Of a stretch of 64,000 nucleotides of DNA, positions 1-11,861 are shown piece by piece. The position numbers and the translations under genes were made by a program. Under the pieces are notes generated by a model. It did not search any database. It was not told the DNA's origin and worked only from the letters and a program-made list of their open reading frames with translations. Source of the stretch: Escherichia coli (lineage in GTDB: Bacteria > Pseudomonadota > Gammaproteobacteria > Enterobacterales > Enterobacteriaceae); the NCBI RefSeq assembly GCF_003334355.1, contig NZ_QOWP01000010.1; one strand, written 5' to 3'. The first letter of the stretch is position 1, and each line of letters begins with the position of its first letter.

Positions 1-114
1 ATGCTTCCATCGGAAACGATGATCTGGCAGCCTGAGTTCACAGATAAAACACTCTCCAGGAAACCCGGGGCGGTTCATATCAGTCGTTATTATCTCAGGT
101 ACGGGATATGGTAG
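1..114 (+). CDS. possible 3' end of a gene truncated by the window edge; product not identifiable
   Basis: Frame +1 is open from nt 1 to a TAG at 112-114, while the other two + frames hit stops within about 35 nt. Too short to identify. Confidence 0.2.
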   Translation: MLPSETMIWQPEFTDKTLSRKPGAVHISRYYLRYGIW

Positions 115-160
115 ATGCACTATAAGATGTGTTAAAAACGCTGTAGCAGAATGAAGCGCG

Positions 161-194
161 GAATAAAAAAGCGGCAACTCAATAAAGTTGCCGC
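161..194 (-). terminator. rho-independent terminator downstream of pflA
   Basis: Perfect 9-bp inverted repeat gcggcaact/agttgccgc (171-179 / 186-194); on the minus strand it is followed by a U-run (complement of aaaaaa at 165-170). Confidence 0.6.
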
Positions 195-206
195 TTTACG
201 GGGAAA

Positions 207-947
207 TTAGAACATTACCTTATGACCGTACTGCTCAAGAATGCCTTTCACGCGTTCCATGGTCTCTTTCTTCGGTGGTTTAACACCGTCGAGTTTGTAC
301 TCTTCACCCATTGCCACCCATTTGTGTTTGCCCAGCTCGTGGTAGGGGAGAAGCTCGATTTTCTCAACGTTGCCCATATCACGGGTAAATTCACCGAGGC
401 GATGCGCTGAATCGTCATCGTCAGACCAGCCTGGGACAACAACGTAGCGGATCCACACCTTCACATTTTTGTTCGCCAGATATTTAGCGAACTCCAGCGT
501 GCGGTGGTTGGAAACTCCAACCAGATTTTGGTGGATCTCGTCGTTCATCTGTTTGAGATCGAGCATTACCAGGTCGGTTACTTCCAGCAGTTCATCAATC
601 ACCGGATCGTAACGACGAACAAAACCGTTGGTGTCCAGACAGGTATGAATGCCTTCTTTTTTGCAGGCGCGGAACCAGTCACGAACAAACTCAGCTTGCA
701 GGATTGCTTCACCGCCGGATGCGGTAACGCCGCCGCCGGAAGCGTTCATAAAGTGGCGATAGGTCACCACTTCCTTCATCAAATCTTCAACGGTAACTTC
801 TTTACCGCCATGCGTGTCCCAGGTGTCGCGGTTATGACAATACAGGCAGCGCATCAGGCAGCCCTGGAAAAAGGTGATAAAGCGAATACCCGGGCCGTCT
901 ACGGTTCCACAGGATTCAAAGGAGTGAATGCGACCAATAACTGACAT
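207..947 (-). CDS. pflA: pyruvate formate-lyase activating enzyme (radical SAM)
   Basis: Track ORF 207..974 trimmed to the internal ATG at 945-947, giving the known N-terminus [23 protein letters not shown] (246 aa); radical-SAM CxxxCxxC motif (CLMRCLYC). Confidence 0.95.
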   Translation of the reverse strand: MSVIGRIHSFESCGTVDGPGIRFITFFQGCLMRCLYCHNRDTWDTHGGKEVTVEDLMKEVVTYRHFMNASGGGVTASGGEAILQAEFVRDWFRACKKEGIHTCLDTNGFVRRYDPVIDELLEVTDLVMLDLKQMNDEIHQNLVGVSNHRTLEFAKYLANKNVKVWIRYVVVPGWSDDDDSAHRLGEFTRDMGNVEKIELLPYHELGKHKWVAMGEEYKLDGVKPPKKETMERVKGILEQYGHKVMF

Positions 948-1070
948 TGCGGTGTTTCTCCAGATGTGGCCCATCTGAGGCCGTGTTGGTGCGCAGCTCG
1001 AAGGCTACGTCGAGTCTGTTTTGGCAGTCACCTTAAAGTATAGATAGCTGACAAAAAAGGCTCTCGCGCT

Positions 1071-1096
1071 AAAAAAGGCCCCACTTTCGTGGAGCC
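1071..1096 (-). terminator. rho-independent terminator downstream of pflB
   Basis: Imperfect hairpin ggccccac/tttc/gtggagcc (1077-1096) preceded on + by aaaaaa, i.e. a U-run after the hairpin on the minus strand. Confidence 0.5.
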
Positions 1097-1138
1097 TTTA
1101 TTGTACGCTTTTTACTGTACGATTTCAGTCAAATCTAA

Positions 1139-3421
<2,283 letters not shown>

Positions 3422-3475
3422 GTAACACCTACCTTCTTAAGTGGATTTTTTATTTACTGCGTACTTCGACAACCA

Positions 3476-4333
3476 TTAATGGTGGTCGTTTTCACGCAGG
3501 TAAATGACCCAGTATGTCAACCCAACCAACAAACCACCACCGATAATGTTGCCGATCGTAACCGGAATCAGGTTATCAGTGATGAAATTCATCACGGTCA
3601 GGTGAGAAAAATTTTCCGGTGCAGAACCGACTGCGGTCCAAAATTCCGGGGATGCGAAGTCGCGGATTACAATACCCATCGGGATCATAAACATGTTTGC
3701 GATACTGTGCTCAAAACCGCTGGCAACAAACATCGCGACCGGCAGCACCATAATGAACGCTTTGTCCATCAGGCTGCGGCCAGAATAACTCATCCATACT
3801 GCCAGACATACCATCAGGTTTGCCAGGATACCAAGACAGACGGCCTCAATAAAAGTATGGTGCACTTTGTGGTCGGCGGTTTGTAGGACGTTTAGTCCCC
3901 ATTGACCATTTGCGGTCATATACTCGCCGGAAAGCCACATTAAAAGTACAAACAGCAGTGCGCCGACCAGGTTGCCAAAATAGACATTTAGCCAGTTTTT
4001 CGCCAACTGACCCCAGGTGATGCGCCCACTCGCCTTAGCAACAACAATCAACACGGTGGAAGTAAAGAGATCGGCTCCGCAGACAACACAAAGAATCAGC
4101 CCCAGAGAGAAGCAAATGCCGCCAACCAGTTTTGCCATGCCGAAGGGCATTGTGCCTGTGCCAGTGGTTGCTGTGATATAGAAGACGAATGCGATTGAGA
4201 TGAAAACACCGGCGGTAATCGCCAGATAGAAAGTCTTAAGCGGATGTTTCGTTGCTTTATAGACACCCGCCTCTTCGGCCACTTTGGCCATTGCAGCAGG
4301 AAGTAAAAGATCAAAAGGGTTGTCAGCTTTCAC
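3476..4333 (-). CDS. focA: formate channel FocA (formate/nitrite transporter family)
   Basis: Track ORF is 343 aa; trimmed to the GTG at 4331-4333 (complement cac), which gives the known 285-aa protein starting (M)KADNPFDLLLPAAMAKVAEEAG. Confidence 0.9.
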   Translation of the reverse strand: MKADNPFDLLLPAAMAKVAEEAGVYKATKHPLKTFYLAITAGVFISIAFVFYITATTGTGTMPFGMAKLVGGICFSLGLILCVVCGADLFTSTVLIVVAKASGRITWGQLAKNWLNVYFGNLVGALLFVLLMWLSGEYMTANGQWGLNVLQTADHKVHHTFIEAVCLGILANLMVCLAVWMSYSGRSLMDKAFIMVLPVAMFVASGFEHSIANMFMIPMGIVIRDFASPEFWTAVGSAPENFSHLTVMNFITDNLIPVTIGNIIGGGLLVGLTYWVIYLRENDHH

Positions 4334-4393
4334 ACTAACTCTCTCTTTATTAAGTCGGCGACGAGATACTAACAAAGCATTATAGATGAGAAA

Positions 4394-4407
4394 TTGATAT
4401 AGATCAT
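4394..4407. promoter_or_regulatory. FNR-like binding site (TTGAT-N4-ATCAt)
   Basis: ttgatatagatcat at 4394-4407 matches the FNR consensus TTGAT-N4-ATCAA in 9 of 10 positions; lies about 60 bp upstream of the focA start. Confidence 0.45.
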
Positions 4408-4664
4408 ATCTCGCCTGGCTTATAGGCCCGTAACTCGCATGGTTTTTATGCAAATACGGAGTAAATATTTGATTATCCAAATAAAAATAAATTTTAAAAA
4501 TTAACAAATGAGTTGAATTTTTTCCGCATCCTCCGCTAAAACAGTTAATTAAAAGGGAGCATCAGGCGAATAAAGTAACAATATCGATCGTATTTATTAA
4601 ATACAAATTACCGATATTTAACCTTATAATTACAATTATTTTATTAATGCAAATATATGTAAAG

Positions 4665-4730
4665 CGGGGCATTAAAAAAACGCCCCGTAATATAACTCAG
4701 ACTAATCATTAAGCCTACATTGCGTAGGCT
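4665..4730 (-). terminator. hairpins immediately 3' of ycaO (putative terminator)
   Basis: Perfect hairpin agcctac/attgc/gtaggct (4712-4730) directly after the ycaO stop, then cggggc/gccccg stem (4665-4686) with a U7 run on the minus strand within its loop. Confidence 0.3.
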
Positions 4731-4738
4731 ATTTGATT

Positions 4739-6499
4739 TTATTTTGCCCAGAATGCTGCTTTGGCGCGCTGCAGCTTTTCGTAGGCCTTCAACAACGACT
4801 GATGTGCAGCAAACGCGTGCAGATCGCTATCTACCGGTTGCAGGCCGTAAAACGCCGCTTCGCCGCTCATTGCCGCACTGGCGGCTTCTACGGCATCTGC
4901 GCCGTACATGCGAACAAACGCATTCAGATATTGCAGCGGCTGGCGATCTTCTTCCTGTGCCAGTAATAACAACGTTTGCAGGCAGCGATAATAGTTGGCG
5001 CGTTCCGGACTAAATACTGATGAGTTAAACTCCATCGTCCATTCGGTCCAGACCAGAGCCTGTTCCAGATCGCCACCAGCCAGCGCCAGCATGGCTTTTA
5101 ATTCACCGATACGCAGGGTGTACCAACCGTTATCCGACCCGGTCGCCAGACCCAACAGCTCACGCACGCGGGTAAAGTCATCAAAACCTTCTTCATCCAG
5201 TTGCTCGATGAGGTTCAGGTAATCTTCTTTTTCCCACTCGCTGCCTGGTAGCGAAAGAATCGTTTCACGTAAATGGCTGCCCATACTGTTATTCGCGAGC
5301 CACAGATCTTCAGCCGGATAAATATCGGACATGCCAGGCACGATAATACGGCAAGCATAAACGCCCAGATGCTCGTAATCGGCAATATAAACTTCTTTAT
5401 CTTCTTTGTTGAAGATAGCCATCAGTGTGGCGAACTCTTCTTCCGTGGTGCCGGAGAAATTCCAGTCCACAAACGGATAATCGGCATCCTGCTTGAACAG
5501 GTCCCAGGAGATTAAACCGCTGGAATCGATAAAGTGCGTTTCGAGGTTGGTATGTTCAGCGACTTCTTCATCATCGAAGGTTGGCGGAGTAAACACATCC
5601 AAATCTTTCAGGCCACGACCTTGCAGCAGCTCGGTCACGGTACGTTCCAGTGCTACGCCAAAATCAGGATGCGCACCGAAAGAGGCAAAGCAGGTACCGT
5701 TAGCAGGATTGAACAGTACCACGCAAATCACCGGATACTGGCCGCCAAGCGAACCGTCATAAGCGAAGATTGGGAAACCCTCCGCTTCCAGCGTTTCGAT
5801 GGCTTCAACTACTGCTGGGTAACGCGCCAGCACGTCTGCCGGGATCTCTGGCAGGCTGATGCTTTCAGCAATAATGCGGTTTTTCACGTAGCGTTCGAAA
5901 ACTTCAGACAATCCCTGAACGCGTGCTTCGTTGCGGGTATTACCTGCGGACATACCGTTGGAGACGTACAGGTTACCAATGATATTCATCGGAATATAAA
6001 CGGTCTGATTGTCGGACTGACGCGTAAACGGCAGGCCGCAAATACCACGATCTTCGTTACCGGATTGTAGGTCAATCAGCATGCTGCCGGTCAGTTCATT
6101 CTCCGGATCATAAAACGCGCGCAGACGGTCATCGAGCAGCCCTTCTGGCACATCGTCATTTTCGGTCAGTGGGAACCATTTTTCGTTGGGATAATGCACG
6201 AACGGACCGTTGGCGATGGTTTCGCCCAGCCAGAAGTCCGCAAAAAAGTAGTTGGTTGAGAGACGCTCGAAATATTCACCGAGTGCAGAAGCCAGCGCCG
6301 CTTTCTTGGTTGCGCCTTTACCGTTGGTAAAACACAGTGCGCACTCTTTGTCGCGAATATGTACAGACCAGACGTTAGGCACGGGATTCAGCCAGGAGGC
6401 CTCTTCAATCTGAAAGCCGAGGTCTGAAAGTTTTTGCTGGAAGCGAGCGATGGAATCTTCCAGAGCGGCATCTTTGCCGGGGATAAATGTTTGCGTCAT
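4739..6499 (-). CDS. ycaO: YcaO protein (YcaO-domain ATP-dependent enzyme; S12 methylthiolation accessory factor)
   Basis: Track ORF is 597 aa; trimmed to the ATG at 6497-6499, giving MTQTFIPGKDAALEDSIARF (586 aa). Confidence 0.9.
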   Translation of the reverse strand: MTQTFIPGKDAALEDSIARFQQKLSDLGFQIEEASWLNPVPNVWSVHIRDKECALCFTNGKGATKKAALASALGEYFERLSTNYFFADFWLGETIANGPFVHYPNEKWFPLTENDDVPEGLLDDRLRAFYDPENELTGSMLIDLQSGNEDRGICGLPFTRQSDNQTVYIPMNIIGNLYVSNGMSAGNTRNEARVQGLSEVFERYVKNRIIAESISLPEIPADVLARYPAVVEAIETLEAEGFPIFAYDGSLGGQYPVICVVLFNPANGTCFASFGAHPDFGVALERTVTELLQGRGLKDLDVFTPPTFDDEEVAEHTNLETHFIDSSGLISWDLFKQDADYPFVDWNFSGTTEEEFATLMAIFNKEDKEVYIADYEHLGVYACRIIVPGMSDIYPAEDLWLANNSMGSHLRETILSLPGSEWEKEDYLNLIEQLDEEGFDDFTRVRELLGLATGSDNGWYTLRIGELKAMLALAGGDLEQALVWTEWTMEFNSSVFSPERANYYRCLQTLLLLAQEEDRQPLQYLNAFVRMYGADAVEAASAAMSGEAAFYGLQPVDSDLHAFAAHQSLLKAYEKLQRAKAAFWAK

Positions 6500-6628
6500 G
6501 AAAATCACTTTAGTCGTACGGAAAGCGCGCAATAATACGGGTTTTATCTCAAAGGCGCTATCACCGCCGCCATGCCGATGAACTGTTGACTATGCTTTTA
6601 GCGGATAAACCACGTTAAGAGCATAAAA

Positions 6629-7321
6629 ATGAAGGCGTTCGATCTCCACCGTATGGCATTTGATAAAGTGCCTTTTGATTTCCTTGGCGAAGTTGCACTA
6701 CGTAGTCTTTATACCTTTGTACTGGTCTTTTTGTTCCTCAAAATGACCGGAAGACGCGGTGTGCGGCAGATGTCGCTGTTTGAAGTTTTAATCATTCTGA
6801 CGCTGGGATCAGCGGCGGGAGATGTGGCGTTTTATGATGATGTGCCGATGGTCCCGGTACTTATCGTCTTTATTACTCTGGCGTTGTTATACCGCCTGGT
6901 AATGTGGTTGATGGCGCACAGTGAAAAACTGGAAGATCTTCTGGAAGGCAAGCCAGTTGTCATTATTGAAGATGGCGAGCTGGCCTGGTCGAAACTCAAT
7001 AACTCCAACATGACGGAATTTGAGTTCTTTATGGAGCTACGATTGCGTGGCGTGGAGCAGCTGGGGCAGGTACGTCTGGCGATTCTCGAAACCAACGGGC
7101 AAATCAGTGTCTATTTCTTTGAAGATGACAAGGTGAAACCGGGTTTACTTATTTTACCCAGTGATTGTACGCAGCGTTACAAAGTGGTGCCGGAGTCGGC
7201 GGACTATGCCTGTATTCGTTGTAGTGAAATCATTCATATGAAAGCGGGGGAAAAACAATTATGTCCGCGCTGTGCAAATCCAGAATGGACGAAGGCAAGT
7301 CGGGCAAAACGGGTGACCTGA
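6629..7321 (+). CDS. ycaP: DUF421-family inner membrane protein
   Basis: 230-aa ORF with hydrophobic N-terminal segments; recognised as YcaP. Confidence 0.85.
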   Translation: MKAFDLHRMAFDKVPFDFLGEVALRSLYTFVLVFLFLKMTGRRGVRQMSLFEVLIILTLGSAAGDVAFYDDVPMVPVLIVFITLALLYRLVMWLMAHSEKLEDLLEGKPVVIIEDGELAWSKLNNSNMTEFEFFMELRLRGVEQLGQVRLAILETNGQISVYFFEDDKVKPGLLILPSDCTQRYKVVPESADYACIRCSEIIHMKAGEKQLCPRCANPEWTKASRAKRVT

Positions 7322-7367
7322 CAGTAAAAACATCGGCTTTTTGCTAATAATCCGAGAGATTCTTTTG

Positions 7368-7383
7368 TGTGATGCAAGCCACA
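7368..7383. promoter_or_regulatory. CRP-like site upstream of serC
   Basis: tgtgatgcaagccaca resembles the CRP consensus TGTGA-N6-TCACA (one mismatch in the right half); about 140 bp upstream of serC. Confidence 0.3.
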
Positions 7384-7519
7384 TTTTTGCCCTCAACGGT
7401 TTTACTCATTGCGATGTGTGTCACTGAATGATAAAACCGATAGCCACAGGAATAATGTATTACCTGTGGTCGCAATCGATTGACCGCGGGTTAATAGCAA
7501 CGCAACGTGGTGAGGGGAA

Positions 7520-8608
7520 ATGGCTCAAATCTTCAATTTTAGTTCTGGTCCGGCAATGCTACCGGCAGAGGTGCTTAAACAGGCTCAACAGGAACTGCGC
7601 GACTGGAACGGTCTTGGTACGTCGGTGATGGAAGTGAGTCACCGTGGCAAAGAGTTCATTCAGGTTGCAGAGGAAGCCGAGAAGGATTTTCGCGATCTTC
7701 TTAATGTCCCCTCCAACTACAAGGTATTATTCTGCCATGGCGGTGGTCGCGGTCAGTTTGCTGCGGTACCGCTGAATATTCTCGGTGATAAAACCACCGC
7801 AGATTATGTTGATGCCGGTTACTGGGCGGCAAGTGCCATTAAAGAAGCGAAAAAATACTGCACGCCTAATGTCTTTGACGCCAAAGTGACTGTTGATGGT
7901 CTGCGCGCGGTTAAGCCAATGCGTGAATGGCAACTCTCTGATAATGCTGCTTATATGCATTATTGCCCGAATGAAACCATCGATGGTATCGCCATCGACG
8001 AAACGCCAGACTTCGGCGCAGATGTGGTGGTCGCCGCTGACTTCTCTTCAACCATTCTTTCCCGTCCGATTGACGTCAGCCGTTATGGTGTAATTTACGC
8101 TGGCGCGCAGAAAAATATCGGCCCGGCTGGCCTGACAATCGTCATCGTTCGTGAAGATTTGCTGGGCAAAGCGAATATCGCGTGTCCGTCGATTCTGGAT
8201 TATTCCATCCTCAACGATAACGGCTCCATGTTTAACACGCCGCCGACATTTGCCTGGTATCTATCTGGTCTGGTCTTTAAATGGCTGAAAGCGAACGGCG
8301 GTGTAGCTGAAATGGATAAAATCAATCAGCAAAAAGCAGAACTGCTATATGGGGTGATTGATAACAGCGATTTCTACCGCAATGACGTGGCGAAAGCTAA
8401 CCGTTCGCGGATGAACGTGCCGTTCCAGTTGGCGGACAGTGCGCTTGACAAATTGTTCCTTGAAGAGTCTTTTGCTGCTGGCCTTCATGCACTGAAAGGT
8501 CACCGTGTGGTCGGCGGAATGCGCGCTTCTATTTATAACGCCATGCCGCTGGAAGGCGTTAAAGCGCTGACAGACTTCATGGTTGAGTTCGAACGCCGTC
8601 ACGGTTAA
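7520..8608 (+). CDS. serC: phosphoserine aminotransferase
   Basis: 362-aa ORF; [26 protein letters not shown] recognised. Confidence 0.97.
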   Translation: MAQIFNFSSGPAMLPAEVLKQAQQELRDWNGLGTSVMEVSHRGKEFIQVAEEAEKDFRDLLNVPSNYKVLFCHGGGRGQFAAVPLNILGDKTTADYVDAGYWAASAIKEAKKYCTPNVFDAKVTVDGLRAVKPMREWQLSDNAAYMHYCPNETIDGIAIDETPDFGADVVVAADFSSTILSRPIDVSRYGVIYAGAQKNIGPAGLTIVIVREDLLGKANIACPSILDYSILNDNGSMFNTPPTFAWYLSGLVFKWLKANGGVAEMDKINQQKAELLYGVIDNSDFYRNDVAKANRSRMNVPFQLADSALDKLFLEESFAAGLHALKGHRVVGGMRASIYNAMPLEGVKALTDFMVEFERRHG

Positions 8609-8627
8609 TGCCGAAATTTTGCTTAAT

Positions 8628-8656
8628 CCCCACAGCCAGCCTGTGGGGTTTTTATT
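8628..8656 (+). terminator. intercistronic hairpin + T-run between serC and aroA (partial terminator/attenuator)
   Basis: Perfect 8-bp stem ccccacag/ctgtgggg with loop ccagc, followed by tttttattt; sits in the 70-bp serC-aroA spacer. Confidence 0.6.
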
Positions 8657-8678
8657 TCTGTTGTAGAGAGTTGAGTTC

Positions 8679-9962
8679 ATGGAATCCCTGACGTTACAAC
8701 CCATCGCTCGTGTCGATGGCACTATTAATCTGCCCGGTTCCAAGAGCGTTTCTAACCGCGCTTTATTGCTGGCGGCATTAGCACACGGCAAAACAGTATT
8801 AACCAATCTGCTGGATAGCGATGACGTGCGCCATATGCTGAATGCATTAACAGCGTTAGGGGTAAGCTATACGCTTTCAGCCGATCGTACGCGTTGCGAA
8901 ATTATCGGTAACGGCGGTCCATTACACGCAGAAGGTGCCCTGGAGTTGTTCCTCGGTAACGCCGGAACGGCAATGCGTCCGCTGGCGGCAGCTCTTTGTC
9001 TGGGTAGCAATGATATTGTGCTGACCGGTGAGCCGCGTATGAAAGAACGCCCGATTGGTCATCTGGTGGATGCGCTGCGCCTGGGCGGGGCGAAGATCAC
9101 TTACCTGGAACAAGAAAATTATCCGCCGTTGCGTTTACAGGGCGGCTTTACTGGCGGCAACGTTGACGTTGATGGCTCCGTTTCCAGCCAATTCCTCACC
9201 GCACTGTTAATGACTGCGCCTCTTGCGCCGGAAGATACGGTGATTCGTATTAAAGGCGATCTGGTTTCTAAACCTTATATCGACATCACACTCAATCTGA
9301 TGAAGACGTTTGGTGTTGAAATTGAAAATCAGCACTATCAACAATTTGTCGTAAAAGGCGGGCAGTCTTATCAGTCTCCGGGTACTTATTTGGTCGAAGG
9401 CGATGCATCTTCGGCTTCTTACTTTCTGGCAGCAGCAGCAATCAAAGGCGGCACTGTAAAAGTGACCGGTATTGGACGTAACAGTATGCAGGGTGATATT
9501 CGCTTTGCTGATGTGCTGGAAAAAATGGGCGCGACCATTTGCTGGGGCGATGATTATATTTCCTGCACGCGTGGTGAACTGAACGCTATTGATATGGATA
9601 TGAACCATATTCCTGATGCGGCGATGACCATTGCCACGGCGGCGTTATTTGCAAAAGGCACCACCACGCTGCGCAATATCTATAACTGGCGTGTTAAAGA
9701 GACCGATCGCCTGTTTGCGATGGCAACAGAACTGCGTAAAGTCGGCGCGGAAGTGGAAGAGGGGCACGATTACATTCGTATCACTCCTCCGGAAAAACTG
9801 AACTTTGCCGAGATCGCGACATACAATGATCACCGGATGGCGATGTGTTTCTCGCTGGTGGCGTTGTCAGATACACCAGTGACGATTCTTGATCCCAAAT
9901 GCACGGCCAAAACATTTCCGGATTATTTCGAGCAGCTGGCGCGGATTAGCCAGGCAGCCTGA
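8679..9962 (+). CDS. aroA: 3-phosphoshikimate 1-carboxyvinyltransferase (EPSP synthase)
   Basis: 427-aa ORF; [35 protein letters not shown] recognised. Confidence 0.97.
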   Translation: MESLTLQPIARVDGTINLPGSKSVSNRALLLAALAHGKTVLTNLLDSDDVRHMLNALTALGVSYTLSADRTRCEIIGNGGPLHAEGALELFLGNAGTAMRPLAAALCLGSNDIVLTGEPRMKERPIGHLVDALRLGGAKITYLEQENYPPLRLQGGFTGGNVDVDGSVSSQFLTALLMTAPLAPEDTVIRIKGDLVSKPYIDITLNLMKTFGVEIENQHYQQFVVKGGQSYQSPGTYLVEGDASSASYFLAAAAIKGGTVKVTGIGRNSMQGDIRFADVLEKMGATICWGDDYISCTRGELNAIDMDMNHIPDAAMTIATAALFAKGTTTLRNIYNWRVKETDRLFAMATELRKVGAEVEEGHDYIRITPPEKLNFAEIATYNDHRMAMCFSLVALSDTPVTILDPKCTAKTFPDYFEQLARISQAA

Positions 9963-10001
9963 ATGAACAACGGGCAATAAATAGCCAAATCTTTCTTTAT
10001 C

Positions 10002-10032
10002 AAAACGTCGGCACATTGTCGGCGTTTTTTTT
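10002..10032 (+). terminator. aroA rho-independent terminator
   Basis: Stem cgtcggc/gtcggcg (with two G-U pairs) around loop acatt, followed by T8 (10025-10032). Confidence 0.5.
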
Positions 10033-10130
10033 CGGACCTTGTGAGTCATTTTGATTAATGGTAGCGTCGCTTGTCAATGTAAGTTGTTGATACATAATAT
10101 TTATATATGATTAATCAACGGATGATTCAC

Positions 10131-10895
10131 ATGAAGAATACTAAATTACTGCTGGCGATTGCGACCTCTGCAGCATTACTGACAGGGTGTCAAAATACCC
10201 ACGGTATTGATACCAATATGGCTATCAGCTCCGGTTTAAATGCCTATAAAGCAGCAACATTAAGCGATGCCGATGCAAAAGCGATTGCCAATCAGGGCTG
10301 TGCCGAAATGGACAGCGGCAATCAAGTCGCAAGTAAATCCAGCAAGTACGGTAAACGTCTGGCAAAAATCGCCAAAGCATTGGGTAACAATATTAATGGC
10401 ACGCCGGTCAACTATAAGGTTTATATGACCAGCGACGTCAACGCATGGGCGATGGCGAACGGCTGTGTTCGTGTCTACAGTGGCCTGATGGACATGATGA
10501 ATGACAACGAAATTGAAGGCGTTCTGGGCCATGAACTGGGCCACGTCGCGTTGGGTCACTCGCTGGCTGAAATGAAAGCTTCTTATGCGATCGTTGCCGC
10601 ACGCGATGCCATTTCAGCTACCAGCGGTGTGGCTTCCCAGCTTTCCCGCTCACAATTAGGTGATATCGCAGAAGGCGCTATCAATGCTAAATACTCCCGT
10701 GATAAAGAGTCCGAAGCAGATGATTTCTCCTTTGATCTGTTGAAGAAACGTGGCATCAGCACCCAGGGGCTGGTTGGCAGCTTTGAAAAACTGGCTAGCC
10801 TGGATGGCGGTCGCACCCAGTCCATGTTTGACTCTCACCCACCATCAACAGAGCGTGCGCAACACATCCGTGATCGTATCGCCTCTGGTAAGTAA
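10131..10895 (+). CDS. ycaL: M48-family zinc metalloprotease lipoprotein
   Basis: Trimmed to the ATG at 10131, giving MKNTKLLLAIATSAALLTGC (lipobox LTGC); HELGH zinc motif present; 254 aa. Confidence 0.9.
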   Translation: MKNTKLLLAIATSAALLTGCQNTHGIDTNMAISSGLNAYKAATLSDADAKAIANQGCAEMDSGNQVASKSSKYGKRLAKIAKALGNNINGTPVNYKVYMTSDVNAWAMANGCVRVYSGLMDMMNDNEIEGVLGHELGHVALGHSLAEMKASYAIVAARDAISATSGVASQLSRSQLGDIAEGAINAKYSRDKESEADDFSFDLLKKRGISTQGLVGSFEKLASLDGGRTQSMFDSHPPSTERAQHIRDRIASGK

Positions 10896-11067
10896 ATCAT
10901 TGTCATCTTTCGGGCTGGTCTTCTGCCAGCCCGCTATAATTGCGCAATAAATCCCCATCTGAATACAGACAAAACTGGTTTTTGCACACAACGTTAACGA
11001 TTTGTGGCGTCGGCGCGTATAATGCGCGCGGTTATGTTAACGGTACGCCTGTTTTAAGGAGATAAAG

Positions 11068-11751
11068 ATGACGGCAATTGCCCCGGTTATTACCATTGAT
11101 GGCCCAAGCGGTGCAGGGAAAGGCACCTTGTGTAAGGCTATGGCGGAAGCGTTGCAATGGCATCTGCTGGACTCGGGTGCAATTTATCGCGTACTGGCAT
11201 TGGCGGCATTACATCACCATGTTGATGTTGCGTCGGAAGATGCGCTGGTACCGCTGGCATCCCATCTGGATGTACGTTTTGTGTCGACCAATGGCAATCT
11301 GGAAGTGATCCTCGAAGGGGAAGATGTCAGCGGCGAAATTCGTACTCAGGAAGTGGCGAATGCAGCTTCACAAGTCGCGGCATTCCCACGCGTTCGTGAA
11401 GCATTATTGCGTCGCCAACGCGCGTTTCGCGAATTACCAGGTCTGATTGCCGATGGCCGCGACATGGGAACGGTGGTATTCCCTGATGCACCAGTGAAAA
11501 TTTTCCTTGACGCCTCCTCGGAAGAACGTGCGCATCGCCGCATGCTACAGTTGCAGGAGAAGGGCTTTAGTGTTAACTTTGAGCGCCTTTTGGCCGAGAT
11601 CAAAGAACGCGACGACCGCGATCGTAACCGAGCGGTAGCGCCACTGGTTCCGGCAGCCGATGCTTTAGTGTTGGATTCCACCACCTTAAGCATTGAGCAA
11701 GTGATTGAAAAAGCGCTACAATACGCGCGCCAGAAATTGGCTCTCGCATAA
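11068..11751 (+). CDS. cmk: cytidylate kinase
   Basis: 227-aa ORF; P-loop GPSGAGKGT; recognised as Cmk. Confidence 0.95.
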
Positions 11752-11861
11752 GCGACCGAATTTGCAGTACCCCCGTTGCAATGGAATGACAGCGGGTATG
11801 TTAAACAACCCCATCCGGCATGGAGCCAGGTGGACGTTAAATATAAACCTGAAGATTAAAC
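11752..11861 (+). promoter_or_regulatory. rpsA leader / translational-operator region
   Basis: 110-bp leader with no obvious Shine-Dalgarno sequence immediately upstream of the rpsA ATG; rpsA is known to be autoregulated through its leader. Confidence 0.4.

Larger units (their letters stand above)
4334..4738 (-). promoter_or_regulatory. focA-pflB upstream control region (long AT-rich intergenic, multiple promoters expected)
   Basis: 405-bp AT-rich spacer upstream of focA; the focA-pflB operon is known to be anaerobically controlled from multiple promoters. The region boundaries are seen in the sequence, the function is from established knowledge. Confidence 0.6.

Noticed and set aside
3476-4507. 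ORF-track N-terminal extensions (focA 343 aa; also ycaO, ycaI, asnS, pncB, ssuC, ssuA, pyrD, zapC, ycbV, ycbF, mukE, cmoM, ycaL, pflA, elfA, mepK)
   Set aside because: The track reports the longest in-frame ORF, sometimes from GTG or TTG. The extensions run into upstream intergenic or promoter DNA and the known N-termini begin at internal start codons, so starts were trimmed.
4712-4730. Similar palindromes agcctac-N5-gtaggct (4712-4730) and gcctac-N4-gtaggc (57673-57688) at two distant sites
   Set aside because: Considered as a dispersed repeat family or REP fragment, but only a 6-7-bp arm is shared, which is too short to distinguish from chance; not called as a repeat element.
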